A stretch of DNA of 64,000 nt, taken from the human T2T-CHM13v2.0 reference genome, Homo sapiens. The notes beneath the pieces are model-generated. The model made no database searches and was not told where the DNA came from. It saw nothing but the letters and a program-made list of their open reading frames with translations. Numbering within the stretch: position 1 is the first letter of the stretch; each line of letters begins with the position of its first letter. The translations under genes were made by a program, and so were the position numbers. Positions 51,526 through 64,000 of the stretch are shown here, piece by piece. The stretch lies in the NCBI RefSeq assembly GCF_009914755.1, contig NC_060927.1; one strand, 5' to 3'.

Positions 51526-53814
51526 ATGGTATACTATACTGCCTTTCTTCTCCAGGATTTTGATTATGTATAATTTCTTTTACATGTGTGTTCATTCAAA
51601 TTAATTAAATTACATTTTAAGAAACTGTTTTAAGTACTCAGCTTTTATATTTCAAAAATACAGCATAAGGTCTATCAAAATGAATTCTTCTTGCCTTTTT
51701 CTTTAGATTATTTAAGCACGTTAAATGAATAATAAATGAAAGAATTGTCTTATTTGAGCTAAAAGGTACGATATCAATGAAAATCATTTTCTTAACTATT
51801 TGATTACCATTATTTAATTGATACTAGCACTTTCACATTTTATGTTCCTCCTTAGAAACGCTTTAATTCCCAGTTTATATGCTAATTTATGTGGTCAAAT
51901 TTTAATCCTTGCTATGTTTTTCCATTTTCAAAAGTTTCCTTGAAGTCACTTTTCCCCCCATAGCACATTTTCCACAATTACCTGATAAGTTCTATTTATA
52001 GTCTCTAAATTTTTAAACATTGTGTTTAATCTTCCTTGTATATCCTTTATAAAATCAAAGATATATATTTTGGACAGTTTGAAAGAAGATAGAAAATGGA
52101 GATAAAAAACAACATTAGAATAGTATAAGAAAATTATGAAAATATAAATTAATGAAAGAACCTAAAAAAAGAAAAAAGCAAAAATACAAATGTATATATT
52201 TAAGTAATTCTGAATTATGTATAATTTTTATTTATATAAAATATATATTTGTGTATATATATAAAATGACTGCCTAGATATGCAGTGATTTAGTATACAA
52301 TGTGTTTTCATGTATTCAGGAGCTGTCATATAAATAGTAGAACATAAGAGTATTTTTCATAGATTCCGCTGTAAATTTAGTTTATGTTTAAGTGAGAAAC
52401 TTTGATCCAGATAGCCTCAAAATATAAGTAAAATACATAACTTTCAATCAAAATGTATGAAATGGAAACAATAAAGAGCATGTTGGTTTTGCTGATGTTA
52501 AGGGTTTTTGTCTGTCTTGAGATTTGAGTAGGAATATCTCCCTCAGGATCATTTGCCTTCTAAAGCATCTAGGGGTTTGGAATCATGACCAGGGAGAGAG
52601 ATTCCGAAATGCGAGAAGATACTGTAAGAAAAAAAAAAAAAAGGAAAGAAGCAAAAAGTAAAATAAGTGAAGGGAACATGTCCTAATTAAAAACACTTTT
52701 CTATCTTTTAGAAGCCCCAAAATGCACACAGATGAAAGCAGCACTGCTTGTTTTATTAGTTGCCTAACCAATCAATACCATCCTGGAAGCAACAACTGTA
52801 TAAACACAAAGCCTCCAGCAAATGCTTTGTAGAGCCACCTGCACTCTGATCTAAAATGAACCGGAGTGACATTTCAAACATTCTCATGAGAAGTTTTCTA
52901 CTTTCTCAGGATACAACATTCCACATTGTCCATAAGACTATTGGAATATGTTCAGCAGCATTTTCATTCCAGTATGCACAGTACAATGTTTTCAAATCGT
53001 AGAAGATGTGTTTGTCCTTGATGTTGAGCACATAAAGCTGATATTTTGCTGTTACTATTTCAAAAAGATTATTAAAGTAGTTACAACATGTTCCTGTTAA
53101 GTACTATTGCATGTATTCCTGATTCATATTTTTTTATTTGTTTTTCTTTCCATGTTAGAGCTGCAACTAACCGAGTTGTGTTTTCTTTAAAAATTTATCT
53201 TCTTTTGTACCACCAGGGTTATGTAAAATAGGTCTTTGTATAAACCTAAACCAAAATGTACTTAAAATATTTAGTTAAATTTGTAAATATGATTTTTCCT
53301 TTACAATAAAACAAAGACATTATTTATTCATTACTGCAAAATAGCTTAGTCTGGAAATTTTAGTTAGCATTGATTTATAAGTAGTTTTTAAAATAAAAAT
53401 AGGTAACCATAAATGTCAGTTTATGCTAAATATTGTGGTAAAATTTTGTTCATTTACTTAGTTGATATTTATCACAACAATGTGTGTGGTAAATACTCTC
53501 AATATTTCATGAGAAAAGTAGAAGTTAGAAAAACTAAGCGACTTTTCCTAAACAACCAGTAGGTGTTTAAGCATAAACTTGAACACAATTCTAACTCCAA
53601 AGCTTAAGTCCAAAGAGGAATTCTTTTACCTCATTGCTATTCTCAATAGCAACACACTGAAAATTGAGTTGATTACCTATTTACTGCGTTTTGGCCCTTT
53701 TGTGTATAAGAATTATGTGGTAATTTGTAGAAATAAAAAGTTCACAGTCATTAATGAAAATAAAATCCACAAGAGAATTCTATGGTGATAATTGCATATG
53801 TTTAAATTTTTCCT

Positions 53815-54030
53815 GGGAAGGCAAGTTGAGGGGATGGCAGAGGAAATATGGGGATGGTTAATGGGTATAAAAAAAAAATAGAAAGAATGAATAGCACATA
53901 CCATTGTGATACTATTTGATCACACAACCAAATGACTATAGTCAATGTTTAGTTGTACATTTAAAAATAACTGAAAAAAGTTAAGATGATAAATATTATG
54001 TTATGTATATCTACCATTAAAAATAAAAAT
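53815..54030 (+). mobile_element. L1MA/MB 3'UTR fragments
   Basis: ggggatggttaatgggtataaaaaaaaatagaaagaatgaata...gactatagtcaat...ttgtacatttaaaaataact. Confidence 0.75.
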
Positions 54031-54741
54031 AACAACAATCTACATTTTTCATCCTTATGCATAGACTTTCATATGAGGCGTCTAAGATTTTGTCGAATAT
54101 AAAAGAAAATAAGCCTATCAGCTTAACAATACATTTTAGTTGTAATTTTAATACTATTAACTATAATTTTACTTGTATATTAGTTAAGTAGTTATATATT
54201 AATAAAAATAGGTTATTTATCTGTACTTCCTGGATGCCAGATATTAATTCATTGATTACTAATACATTAGTAATCAATTCATTAACTCATTGACATTAAT
54301 CAATTTATAGGTTTAGGAAACATGATAAACATGATGGATGTAGAACTTTCTTGCAGAGTTTATACTCTAGCAAAGGATATATACATGAAAGAAACAAATT
54401 ATAGAAATAATTATTTAACTATAATTTTGATAAACGTCAGCAAGCGGAAGTGCAGGGTGCTTAGAGAACACTGAACCTCACACATGCTTTTGGGTGGAGG
54501 TGAGATTTGGAAAACTTTCCTAAGGGAATAATAGTAAGCTAATATATGAATGATAAGGAGAAGTTAGTTGGTAAAGTGTGAAGAATAATGGAGATCAGAA
54601 AAAATTATTTTATTCTAATTCTCTTCAGAAGCATGTACATTTATTGTTAGCATCGTTGAAGGACCAGATTTTTAGGGAGAGACACGAAGCATATAAAATT
54701 TTGGAAAGGAGACTCTTTAATAAAAAGAGTGCAGTTTGTAC

Positions 54742-57700
54742 TTGGTTCAAGATGGCTGGCTAAAGACAAGGATGCTAGTTCTCCTCAAAAGTAGTCAAAA
54801 TGACAGATAATTATTAACTCAAATAGAATATTAAAGAGAAAATACTAGAACTCCACAGAGAAATCATGGGAAAAAACTGCAGCACAGAATAAAAGAGGAG
54901 GCAAGAGAGCAACTCTACTGGCAAAGATCACCTAGGAGCCTCAAGGGAGTTGGTATTGCACGGAAAGGGTAAGTGGGAGTATTTTGGTTGCCCTCATCTC
55001 TACTGCAGACTGCTGGTACCCAAACTGTGGGGGAGCCTCTCTGCCCTTGCATTCCTGGACTCTAGTGTGAGTGGTGACTTGGGGATTTCTTGAGGGTATT
55101 ACACCTGACTGTGGACCCTTGCCAGGTTGCTCACCCTCCTTTCAGACTCGAGCAGCTGCAGCAGGGCATCATTTTGGGGGCATGAGAATTGAGAGACTAT
55201 GTCCTACCCAGGGAACCTCAGATATTGTGTCTCCATATCCAAAAAGATCTCACGAACATTTCTTACTGTCTGTTTTGAGGCAAGCATTGGCACAGTGCTG
55301 GTTGGAGCCAAGGAAGCTGCAGGGTTCCCAGTATTGTAGCCTTCTGGGACTGCTACTCCTACTGGAAGGGAAAGTGCAGAGCACCAAGAAGGTAGCCCAT
55401 GGAACAAAAGACGCCAAAGGGCACACTTTCCAGTGCATTAGAGCTCCCTGCTTGGGGTTGTGAGGGGACAGATTAGCTTCCAGCAGGGGCACAATATCTG
55501 CGCTTAGCTCTGCAAGAGAGGCGTGAAATTATATCTTATTGACCAAAGGACCTCTGTGCTAGATCCCAAGCATAGAGACAGGGACTTTTCTTCCCACTCC
55601 ACCCACTGATGCAGACACAGCCAGTTACTGCTCGCATGGGAAACTGGCACAGGTGAGCCACAGTACAGCCTGTCTGAGGCTGTGAGGGACAACTGTCTTC
55701 CCACTGTCAGTGTAGCCTCCCATGGAGTTTGTGTGAAAAGCAAGCCTGCCACCCCGCTATCCCTGCCCCCCACCCCTCTCTGCATAGAGCTGCAGTGTTT
55801 CGGCAGTAGAATGCCACAGAGCTATGTGTTTTGCGGGGGCTGCGGAGGAGGATCCCCCACTGCAGACACAAAGAGATAGCATGGAAGCTTGTTGTTGAGC
55901 TGCCCAGCTGGCTGGCTGCTACAGCTCTTGGCTACATTGTAGTCTGAAAATAAATAGCAGTTGTGAATAAACTGAATAACCTGAGTGCCACACAGGGCAT
56001 GACAGGGAAAGAGATCACATTCCACCTGCTGAGACAGGGGTTATGAAACAGCCCTTCCCCTCAATATAGAGACCTCTGTGCATTTCACCAGGGCCCTGAT
56101 GACTCCTCTGCCACCCCATTAATGCTGACCATTATAAGGAGGGCCTGGAGTATGGGCTTGCCCTGTCCAGCTCAGCCCAGCTTTGTCTCCCACCTCCATT
56201 TGATCATGGAGCCCAGACTGCTACATATTCCATAGCCCAGACCATTTCTTGAGGCACTGAAGAGCTTAGCTCCTGGTAAACAAAGATCAAGCATAAACCT
56301 ACTGATACCACCACAGCCGGCTCTTATCTGCAAGTGCTGCCTCCGGGCCTGGAGGTGGAACTGCACTTCCCAAGGCAAAATTTACTGTCACAAGGACACA
56401 GCACTTGGGAATGAGACCTCTGCCACCCCAGCTACACAGGGGGCCATGAGCCTGTTCAACACACCCAGTATACCACTACTACTGGTGTTTGAGAAAATTA
56501 CCACACTAAAGCTATCTATAACCAAGGAATTAATATAGTCTTCACTAATGAAAGCACCCAGAAGCAAAGCCAAACAATTCTACTCAACATATATTATAGT
56601 GACATCCTAAATAATTTAAAAAGTCCCATCTAAATGAAAGCAGATTCAAAAATAAGAAGTGACAGTTCCTCTAGTTGAGAAGGAATCAGCATAACAATTC
56701 TGGAAGTATGGAAAAATAGAGTTCTAAGACACCTCCAAAGGATCACACTAACTCTCCAGCTATGAATCCTAAAATTTGTGAAATGCCAGAAATCAAAACA
56801 TTGATTTAAATAAAGCTCAATAAGCTCCAAGACAAATTTGCAAACCAAAGAAATAACATAGAAATAAGAAAATCAACTTAGGATATAAATTATAAATTTA
56901 CCAAAGAGATCAATTTAAAAACAAATAGAGCTTCTGGAAATAAAAAAATGTATTGAAGGAATTATAAAATCCAGTTGAAAGCTTCAGCAATAGACTAGAC
57001 AAAGCAGAAGAAAAAAGTCTCAGAACTTGAAGACAGGTCTTTTGAATTAATTCAGTCAGAAAAAAAAAAGAAAAAGAACTAAAAGAATAAACAAAGCCTT
57101 CAAGAAGTATGGAATTACCTAAAACAACTGAACCTACAAATCATAGATATTCTGAAGGAGAACAAGCAAAAAGTTTGAAAAATCTGCTTGAGAAAATAAT
57201 TGAGGGAAACTTCCCTAATCTAGCAAGGTATTTAGATATCCATATACAAGAGGTTCAACAAGCACCAGGATAATCATTGCAAGAAGGCCTTTACCACAAC
57301 ATAGAGTTATCACACTGTCTAAGGTGAACATGAAAGAAAAAATTCTAAAATCATCAAGAGAAAGGTGTGTAGAAACCTGTAAAAAAAACTTCATCAGACT
57401 AACAGTGGACTTCTCAGCAGAAACCTTCCAGGGCAGAGGAGATTAGGATTCTATTTCCAAAGTGCTTAGAGCACAGAATCAATCACAAATTGTATGTCCT
57501 GCTGGAATAAGCTTCATAAATAGAGGAGAAATAAAGTTTTTTCCAGACAAGCAAACCCTGAGGGAATTCTTTACCATTAAACCAGCCCTACAAAAAATTC
57601 TCAAAGGAGTTCTAAACATGGAAACAAAAGGTTGGTACTAGCCATCATAAAAACACATGAAAACATAAAACTTGCAGGTCTTAAAAAACAATTACACAAG

Positions 57701-60700
57701 TGGGGGAAAAAAAAGAAATCAAATGGCAACATGACAGAACTTCACCAAACCACAAAGACAAACAGACTGAGGGGAAAAAAAAGAAAAAAGAAAATAAATT
57801 CGCTGAGCAACTAGATAACAATTAACGTTATGAGGGGAACAAAACCTTATATATCAATATTAACCTTGAACATAAATTGATTAAAACTTCAATTAAAATA
57901 TACAGATTGACAAAATAAATTTAAAAAAATATGAACCAACTGTTTCCTACTTATGAGAAACTCACTTTACCGGTAAAGACACATGTAGATTGAAGGTAAA
58001 GGGCTGATAAATGATATTCCACACACAAAAACAGAAATCAATAGCCATCATGAATAGCTATGCTTATGTCAGGTAAAACAGGCCTTGACTCAACAATAAT
58101 ATAAAACAGCAATGAAGATTATTGTATAACAATAATGGGATCAATTCAGCAAGAATAACAATCCTAAATGTATATGCTCCAAACAGCAAATAAACCAGAT
58201 TCACAAAATAAGTATTACTATACCTAAAAACAGAGATAGACAGTAATACAATAATAATGGAGGATGTCAACACTCCACTGACAGCACTGGACAGATAATT
58301 GAGCAGAAAATCAACAAAGAAACACTGGAATTAAATTGGACTCTAGAACAAATGGACTTACCATAGATTTACAGAAAATTCTACCAACAACTGCAGAATT
58401 TACATTTTCTTCATCACTGCATGGAACATTTTCAAAATAGACCACGTTAGGCCCCAAAATAATTATGGTAATTAAAAAAAATAAATTGTACCGAGTATCT
58501 TCTAAGACCACAAGGAATAAGACTAGAAATCACTTCCAGGAGGAATTCTTAAAACTATACAGATATATGGAAATTGAAAAATTAACTTTTTTTTTTGAGA
58601 CAGAGTCTTTCTCTGTCACCCAGGGTGGAGTGCACTGGCACGACCCCGGCTCACTGCAACCTCCGCCTCCCAGGTTCAAGGATTCTTCTGATTCAATCTC
58701 CCGAGTCGCTGGGATTACAGGTGCCCACCACCACACCTGGCAAATTTTTGTATTTTTAGTAGAGACGGGGTTTCACCGTGTTGGCCAGGCTGGTCTTGAA
58801 CTCCTGATTTCAAGTGATCCACCCGCCTCAGCCTCCCAAAGTGCCGGGATTACAGGCATGAGCCACCGCACCCAGACTTTAAGAAGAAACTCCTGAATGA
58901 TCACTGAGTCAATGATGAAATTAAGACAGAAATTTTAAAAAATTTTAAAATAAATGAATATGTAAATGCAGCATGCCAAATCCCTTGATCTACAATAAAA
59001 GTAGTGCTCAATGGTACGCTTATAGCATTAGAATGTTTGTATCAAAAGAATAGAAAGATCACAAATTAATCTCATCATTTACCTCCAGGTACTAAAAAAA
59101 AAAACACCAAAAAACAAAAAAACAAACAACCAACAACAACCAGAAAAAAAAAGACCAACCCAAAGCTAGCAGAAGAAAAGAAATAACAAAATCAATCAGA
59201 GCAGAACTAAATGAAATTGAGAACCTAAGAATACAAAGAATCAACAAAATGAAAAGTTGTCCCTTGAAAAGATGAGCAAAATTGATAGACTGCTGGCTAC
59301 AGTAAACAAGAAAAAAGAAAGAAGATACAAAAAAAAGAAAGAAGACACAAAAAAAAGAGATACTACTATGAACAACCAAATGCCCCTAATCTAGAAAATC
59401 TATAAGAAATGGATTAATTCCTAGAAACATACAACCCCCCACATTTGAACTAGAAACAATTTAAATCTTGAAGAGTAATAGCAACTAGTGAGATTACATC
59501 ACAGAGATAAAATATATCTCCCAAAACAACAACAAAAATATCCCAGGACCAGATGGATTCTACCAAATCTGCAAAGAAGAACTGGTACCATTCCTCCCAC
59601 AACTTTTCTAAAAAAATCCAGGTGAAGGGAATCCTCCCTAATTATTTCTACAAAGCCAGTCACCCCAATACCAAAGCCAGGCATTGACATAACAAAAAAA
59701 AAAAAAAAAAGAGAGAGAGAGAAAAACAACTATAAACCAATACCTCTGATAAACTAAGCTGCAAAAATCCTCAACAAAATACTAGAAAACCAAATCCAAT
59801 ACTACATTAAAGGATAATTCACCTAAATCAAGTGGGCTTCATTCTAGGGATGCAAAGATGGTTCAACATATATAAATCAATCCATGTAATTCCACATAAA
59901 TACAATTAAAAACAAAAACCATATGATCATCTTAATTAATGAAGAAAAAACATTTGATAAAATTTAGTATCCTGTCATGATAAAAACATTCAACAAACTA
60001 GGTATAAAAGGAAAATATCTCAAAATAATAAGAGCCGTCTGTGACAAACCCACAGCAAACATCATACTGAATGGGCAAAAGCTGGGTGCATTCCCCTTAA
60101 AAACTGGATCAAGACAAAGAAATGGAAGAAACTTCCAGGCTGGCAGATCAGAACTGATATTATTAAGATCACCATACTAGCACAAACAATCTACAGTTTC
60201 AATGTAATTCCTATCAAAATACCAACATTATTTTTCACAGAATTTGACAAATAATCCTAAAATTCACATGGAACCAAAAAAGAGCCCAAATAGCCAAAGC
60301 ATTCCTAAGCAGAAAGAACAATGGTGGAGGCATCACATTATCTGACCTCAAAGTATACTACCAGGTAATAGTAACCCAAATAGCATAGTACTGTATAAAA
60401 ATAGACACATAGATCAATGGAACAGAACCCAGAAGTAAAGGCATACACCTACCACCAACTAAAATTTGACAACATTGACAAAAATACTGGGAAAAGGACA
60501 GCCTTTTCAATAAATGTTGCTGGGAAAATTGAATTGCCATATGCAGAAGAGTGAAACTGGATCCCTATCTCACCCTATGTACAAAAATTAACTCCAGAAG
60601 GATTACAGACTTAAATGTAAGACATGAAACTATAAAAATACAGGAAGAAAACATCAGAAAACTTTCCTGGACATTTGCCTAGGCAAAGAATTTATGATAA

Positions 60701-61423
60701 AGACTCCAAAAGCAAATGCAGCAAAAACGAAAATAGAAAAATGGCATTTGATTAAACTGAAAAGCTTCTGCACAGCAAAAGAAATAATTAACAAGTGAAT
60801 AGACAACATGCAGAATGGAAGAAAATATTTAAATACTATGCATCTGACAAAGGATTAATATCCAGAATCTATAAGGAGCTCAAATAACTCAACATGAAAA
60901 AACAACCCAAAAGAAATTATTATATCAAAAATATAATTCTACTTGCATGTTTATCACATCACTGTTCACAACAGCAACAATATGAAATCAACTTAAATCT
61001 TCATCAATAGATACCTGGAAAAAGCAAATTTGGCATATATATATATACAATTGAATGCTACTCAGCCATAAAAATTAATGAAATCCTGTGTTTTGCAACA
61101 ACATGGATGAAACTGGAGGCCATTATCTTAAGTGAAACGGCTCAGAAACAGAAAGTCAAATAGCACATGTTGCCACTTATAAGTAAGAGGTAAATAAGGT
61201 ACACGAACGGAAATAGAGTGTGGAACAACAGACACTGGAGATTTGGAAGGATGAGAGGAGATCAGGAGGGGGTGAGAAATAGTATGTACCATGCACATTA
61301 TTCAGATGATGACTACCCTAAAATCTCAGACTTTACCATTATGCAATATATCCATGTAACAAAACTGCACTTGTACCCCTTAAATCTACACAAATTTTTA
61401 AAAAAGAAAAAAAGTAAAAAAAA
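54742..61423 (+). mobile_element. Near full-length inactive L1PB-type LINE-1 (long 5'UTR ~54742-56630, ORF1 relic ~56630-57620, ORF2 relic ~57830-61150 with deletions)
   Basis: 5' ttcaagatggctggctaaag; ORF1 motifs (cagactaacagtggacttctcagcagaaacc); ORF2 fragment ORF 59977 ([28 protein letters not shown]); L1PB 3' end atatatccatgtaacaaaactgcacttgtacccc plus poly(A); many stops and frameshifts. Confidence 0.92.
58587..58877 (-). mobile_element. AluSx/Sz inserted in L1 ORF2
   Basis: ttttgagacagagtct...ttggccaggctggtcttgaactcctgatttcaagtgatccacccgcctc. Confidence 0.93.
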
Positions 61424-62689
61424 AGTCTTACTTTTAGTTTTCAAAACCTGAAGGCCTTATGAACATACTGCAAAACTTAAGCTTCATAACCTTTTTGGTA
61501 AGTTTGCTTCAGGTGATCCTGTTTGTTTCATGGGTGAGGAAACTTAAGACAGTGCAAATGATGAAATCAATATTCAAATATAGGTCTTTCTGATTGCAAA
61601 ATCAATGTTTCCAACAACTCTGTTATACCTTGTCAAGGCAGTTCATTAGCAAAATCAGAAATCATGTAACAAGCTTAGGCTTGGCACTGGTTAATCACGC
61701 CTTATTTATTCCTATGTTCACCTTAACACAATTCAAACAACTGAAATATGTGTGTTAAACTCAATGGCTTTTTAAAAATATATGCTATAAGATACAACAA
61801 AGGTCACCAAAGAGTTAATGAGAAGCAGAAAAAATGGAGCTTAGAGTGAAGGGATCCGTGAAGCAAGGGGTTGTGGATTCAAGGAGGGTCTAGGGAAAGG
61901 AATTCTGCTGGATGAACATGGCCTAGGGCAGCAGAAATTCTTCAAATTCACAGAAACCAAGAAACACCTTCCTGCGTTTTTTAACAACACTGGTAAGTGG
62001 ATCAAACAAAAATAGCTAGGAAATTTTGCTATCCATCTTTTTTTGAGAAACTCGTGATGAACAGGAAGACAGGTCATGAGCCTGTGTTATTATACTCCCC
62101 GTTATTAATTCGCCCTGAAAAGACTAAATAGTAATTACCCCCACACATTTATATGTATACTTAGTGATATACTCCATTTGCAAAAAGGAACTTCAAGAAA
62201 TTCCCGTATACATGAAAATACAATGTACTTTTCACTTCTTTCATGTAGTCCCTAATTTTCCTTACCTGTCTGCCCATGGCTGAAATTTCTTTAACTGGTG
62301 TCAAGTGTTTTATTCAACTAAGAGACATGTCTTAAAATGTAAATGCTAGAATGCTAGCTCTTAAAAATATTTTAAGTGAAACTCATTTACCCTAATCAAA
62401 AGTAATCATTCCTTTCTAGATTAAATTGATCCAGAAAGCTCCTGCAAGAAAAAGGACCAAAGTTGGCTGATCCTGAAGCTTGAGACAAGATAGGGCCTCA
62501 AAAGATGAGTGTAATGTAAACATATCTTGCATTCCACAACTCACAACTGTAGTTGGAGTTTTCATGTTAACTTACACATGTGTGTATACAAATAATCTGT
62601 ACAGAAAGATATTATTGACAAGCTTGAAAATAGATGTGCATTGTTAGGTTGAAATGCTTTTGAGTCTCACTCATGAATATAGCTAGTCT

Positions 62690-63230
62690 GCTTCAAGTTT
62701 ACTTATGGAGTTCTTCCATTCTGCCCACCCGCTACCGTTTTTAAAGCAGTCAACCGTGTTTAGAGGAACATTTATTCCCAAAGGATATATTTGAAAAATA
62801 ACAATCTTTGGATTCAGGATAACTAACAAATTCAATATAGAATAAATAAATAATGAACCCACACTTAGACGAGTGCTAGTAAATTTACAGAATGTCAAGG
62901 AAATAAGATTATCAAAAATACCAGACAAAAAAAGAAAAATCACCTTCCCCAAATCAGTTGCAATGAAGAATGATTTACCAATAACAACACTGGAAGCTAG
63001 AAGACAGAGGAATAATATCTTCAAGAAGATGAGAGAAAATAACTTTAAGCCTAGATTTCCAGCAAAAGTATCTTTCAAGAATATGAACAAAATCAAGATA
63101 TTTTTAGAAAAATAAGAACTGAATTTACTACCAATAGAGTCTGTCTTTAAAAATATTAAAAGACATTTCTAGAAAGAAGAGACTGAGTTTAGATGCAAAA
63201 AAAAAAAAAAGAAGTAGTGAGCAAAGATAA
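62690..63230 (+). mobile_element. Ancient L1M/HAL1 ORF1 relic
   Basis: ORF 62873-63115 (TLEARRQRNNIFKKMRENNFKPRFPAKVSFKN..KIKIF) matches the L1 ORF1p C-terminal domain. Confidence 0.8.
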
Positions 63231-63479
63231 CTAATACTGACTGAGAAAATCATAATAATGACTTTTTAAATATAGTGTGTATTTATAATACATAGTTAAA
63301 ATTCTGATTCTATCAAATTGTTCACTCCCACTGGGACTTTCAGTCCATTCACCCTGACACTTTCCTATTTCCCTCTTCTTCTTACTTCCACAGATTAAGC
63401 ATTATATACACCCCCACTATATACACAAGACTCTATACCCCCGTGTATATACCCTTCTCTATTTTGCCTTTACTGACTT

Positions 63480-64000
63480 TGCTTTTCATGGCAGAGCCAG
63501 CATATAGTCTTGCTTACCACCGATCCATATCTGCATCTCTATAGGTGAATTGCAGGAGTAAGACAAACTACCATGCTGCTTAATTTTGCTTTCAAATTAA
63601 TGACACCAAAATTTAAGTGATACTTCAATATTGCCTGGCAATAACACTCTATTTCTACAGACTATTCTTTCTACCACTGTCTTAGCTGACCATTGCTTAC
63701 TTTTCTCTCTCTTCATACCTTTATCACCTCCTGCATAGCCTCTTTCTCTGTTGTTGACATTGCATTCTATTTCACTGGGAAAGCCAATGTATTTTAAAGA
63801 ATTCTTTTACATGCCTCTGTTATTCTTAAACTGCCTTTCACTTATTACCATCCATAACTATCCACGTTCCTACCTAAAACCACTCTCTTCTCTTCTGTGT
63901 ATGATCTTTTCTCACCTCCACCAAAACATCTATGTCTTCAACCAGTTTTTTTTCTCTTTCTCCTATATAGTTAATTTTTTTCCTTTTTAACTGTATTGTC
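63480..64000 (+). mobile_element. L2 relic
   Basis: accatgctgcttaattttgctttcaaattaatgacacc...ttcaatattgcctggcaa...tttcactgggaaagcc. Confidence 0.6.

Overview
AT-rich, CpG-depleted primate (human or close relative) nuclear DNA, inferred from AluY/AluS/AluJ and L1PA/L1PB elements. I could not recognise any protein-coding gene, rRNA, tRNA or CRISPR array. Most listed ORFs are chance frames or TE-derived. A large part of the window is transposable-element relic: eight Alus, a near full-length dead L1PB-type LINE (54.7-61.4 kb), two 5'-inverted (twin-primed) L1 insertions, Tigger1, Tigger3a, hAT-Charlie MERs, L2/MIR, and an LTR16-type ERVL provirus remnant with nested insertions. The unique sequence holds several exon-like units on both strands (possible lncRNAs), a tandem RFX X-box pair, CTCF-like sites and perfect palindromes. 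It also holds one anomalous ~110-bp CpG-rich, homopolymer-broken patch inside an L2 relic. Repeat subfamily names come from remembered consensus sequences, boundaries are approximate, and the locus identity is unknown.
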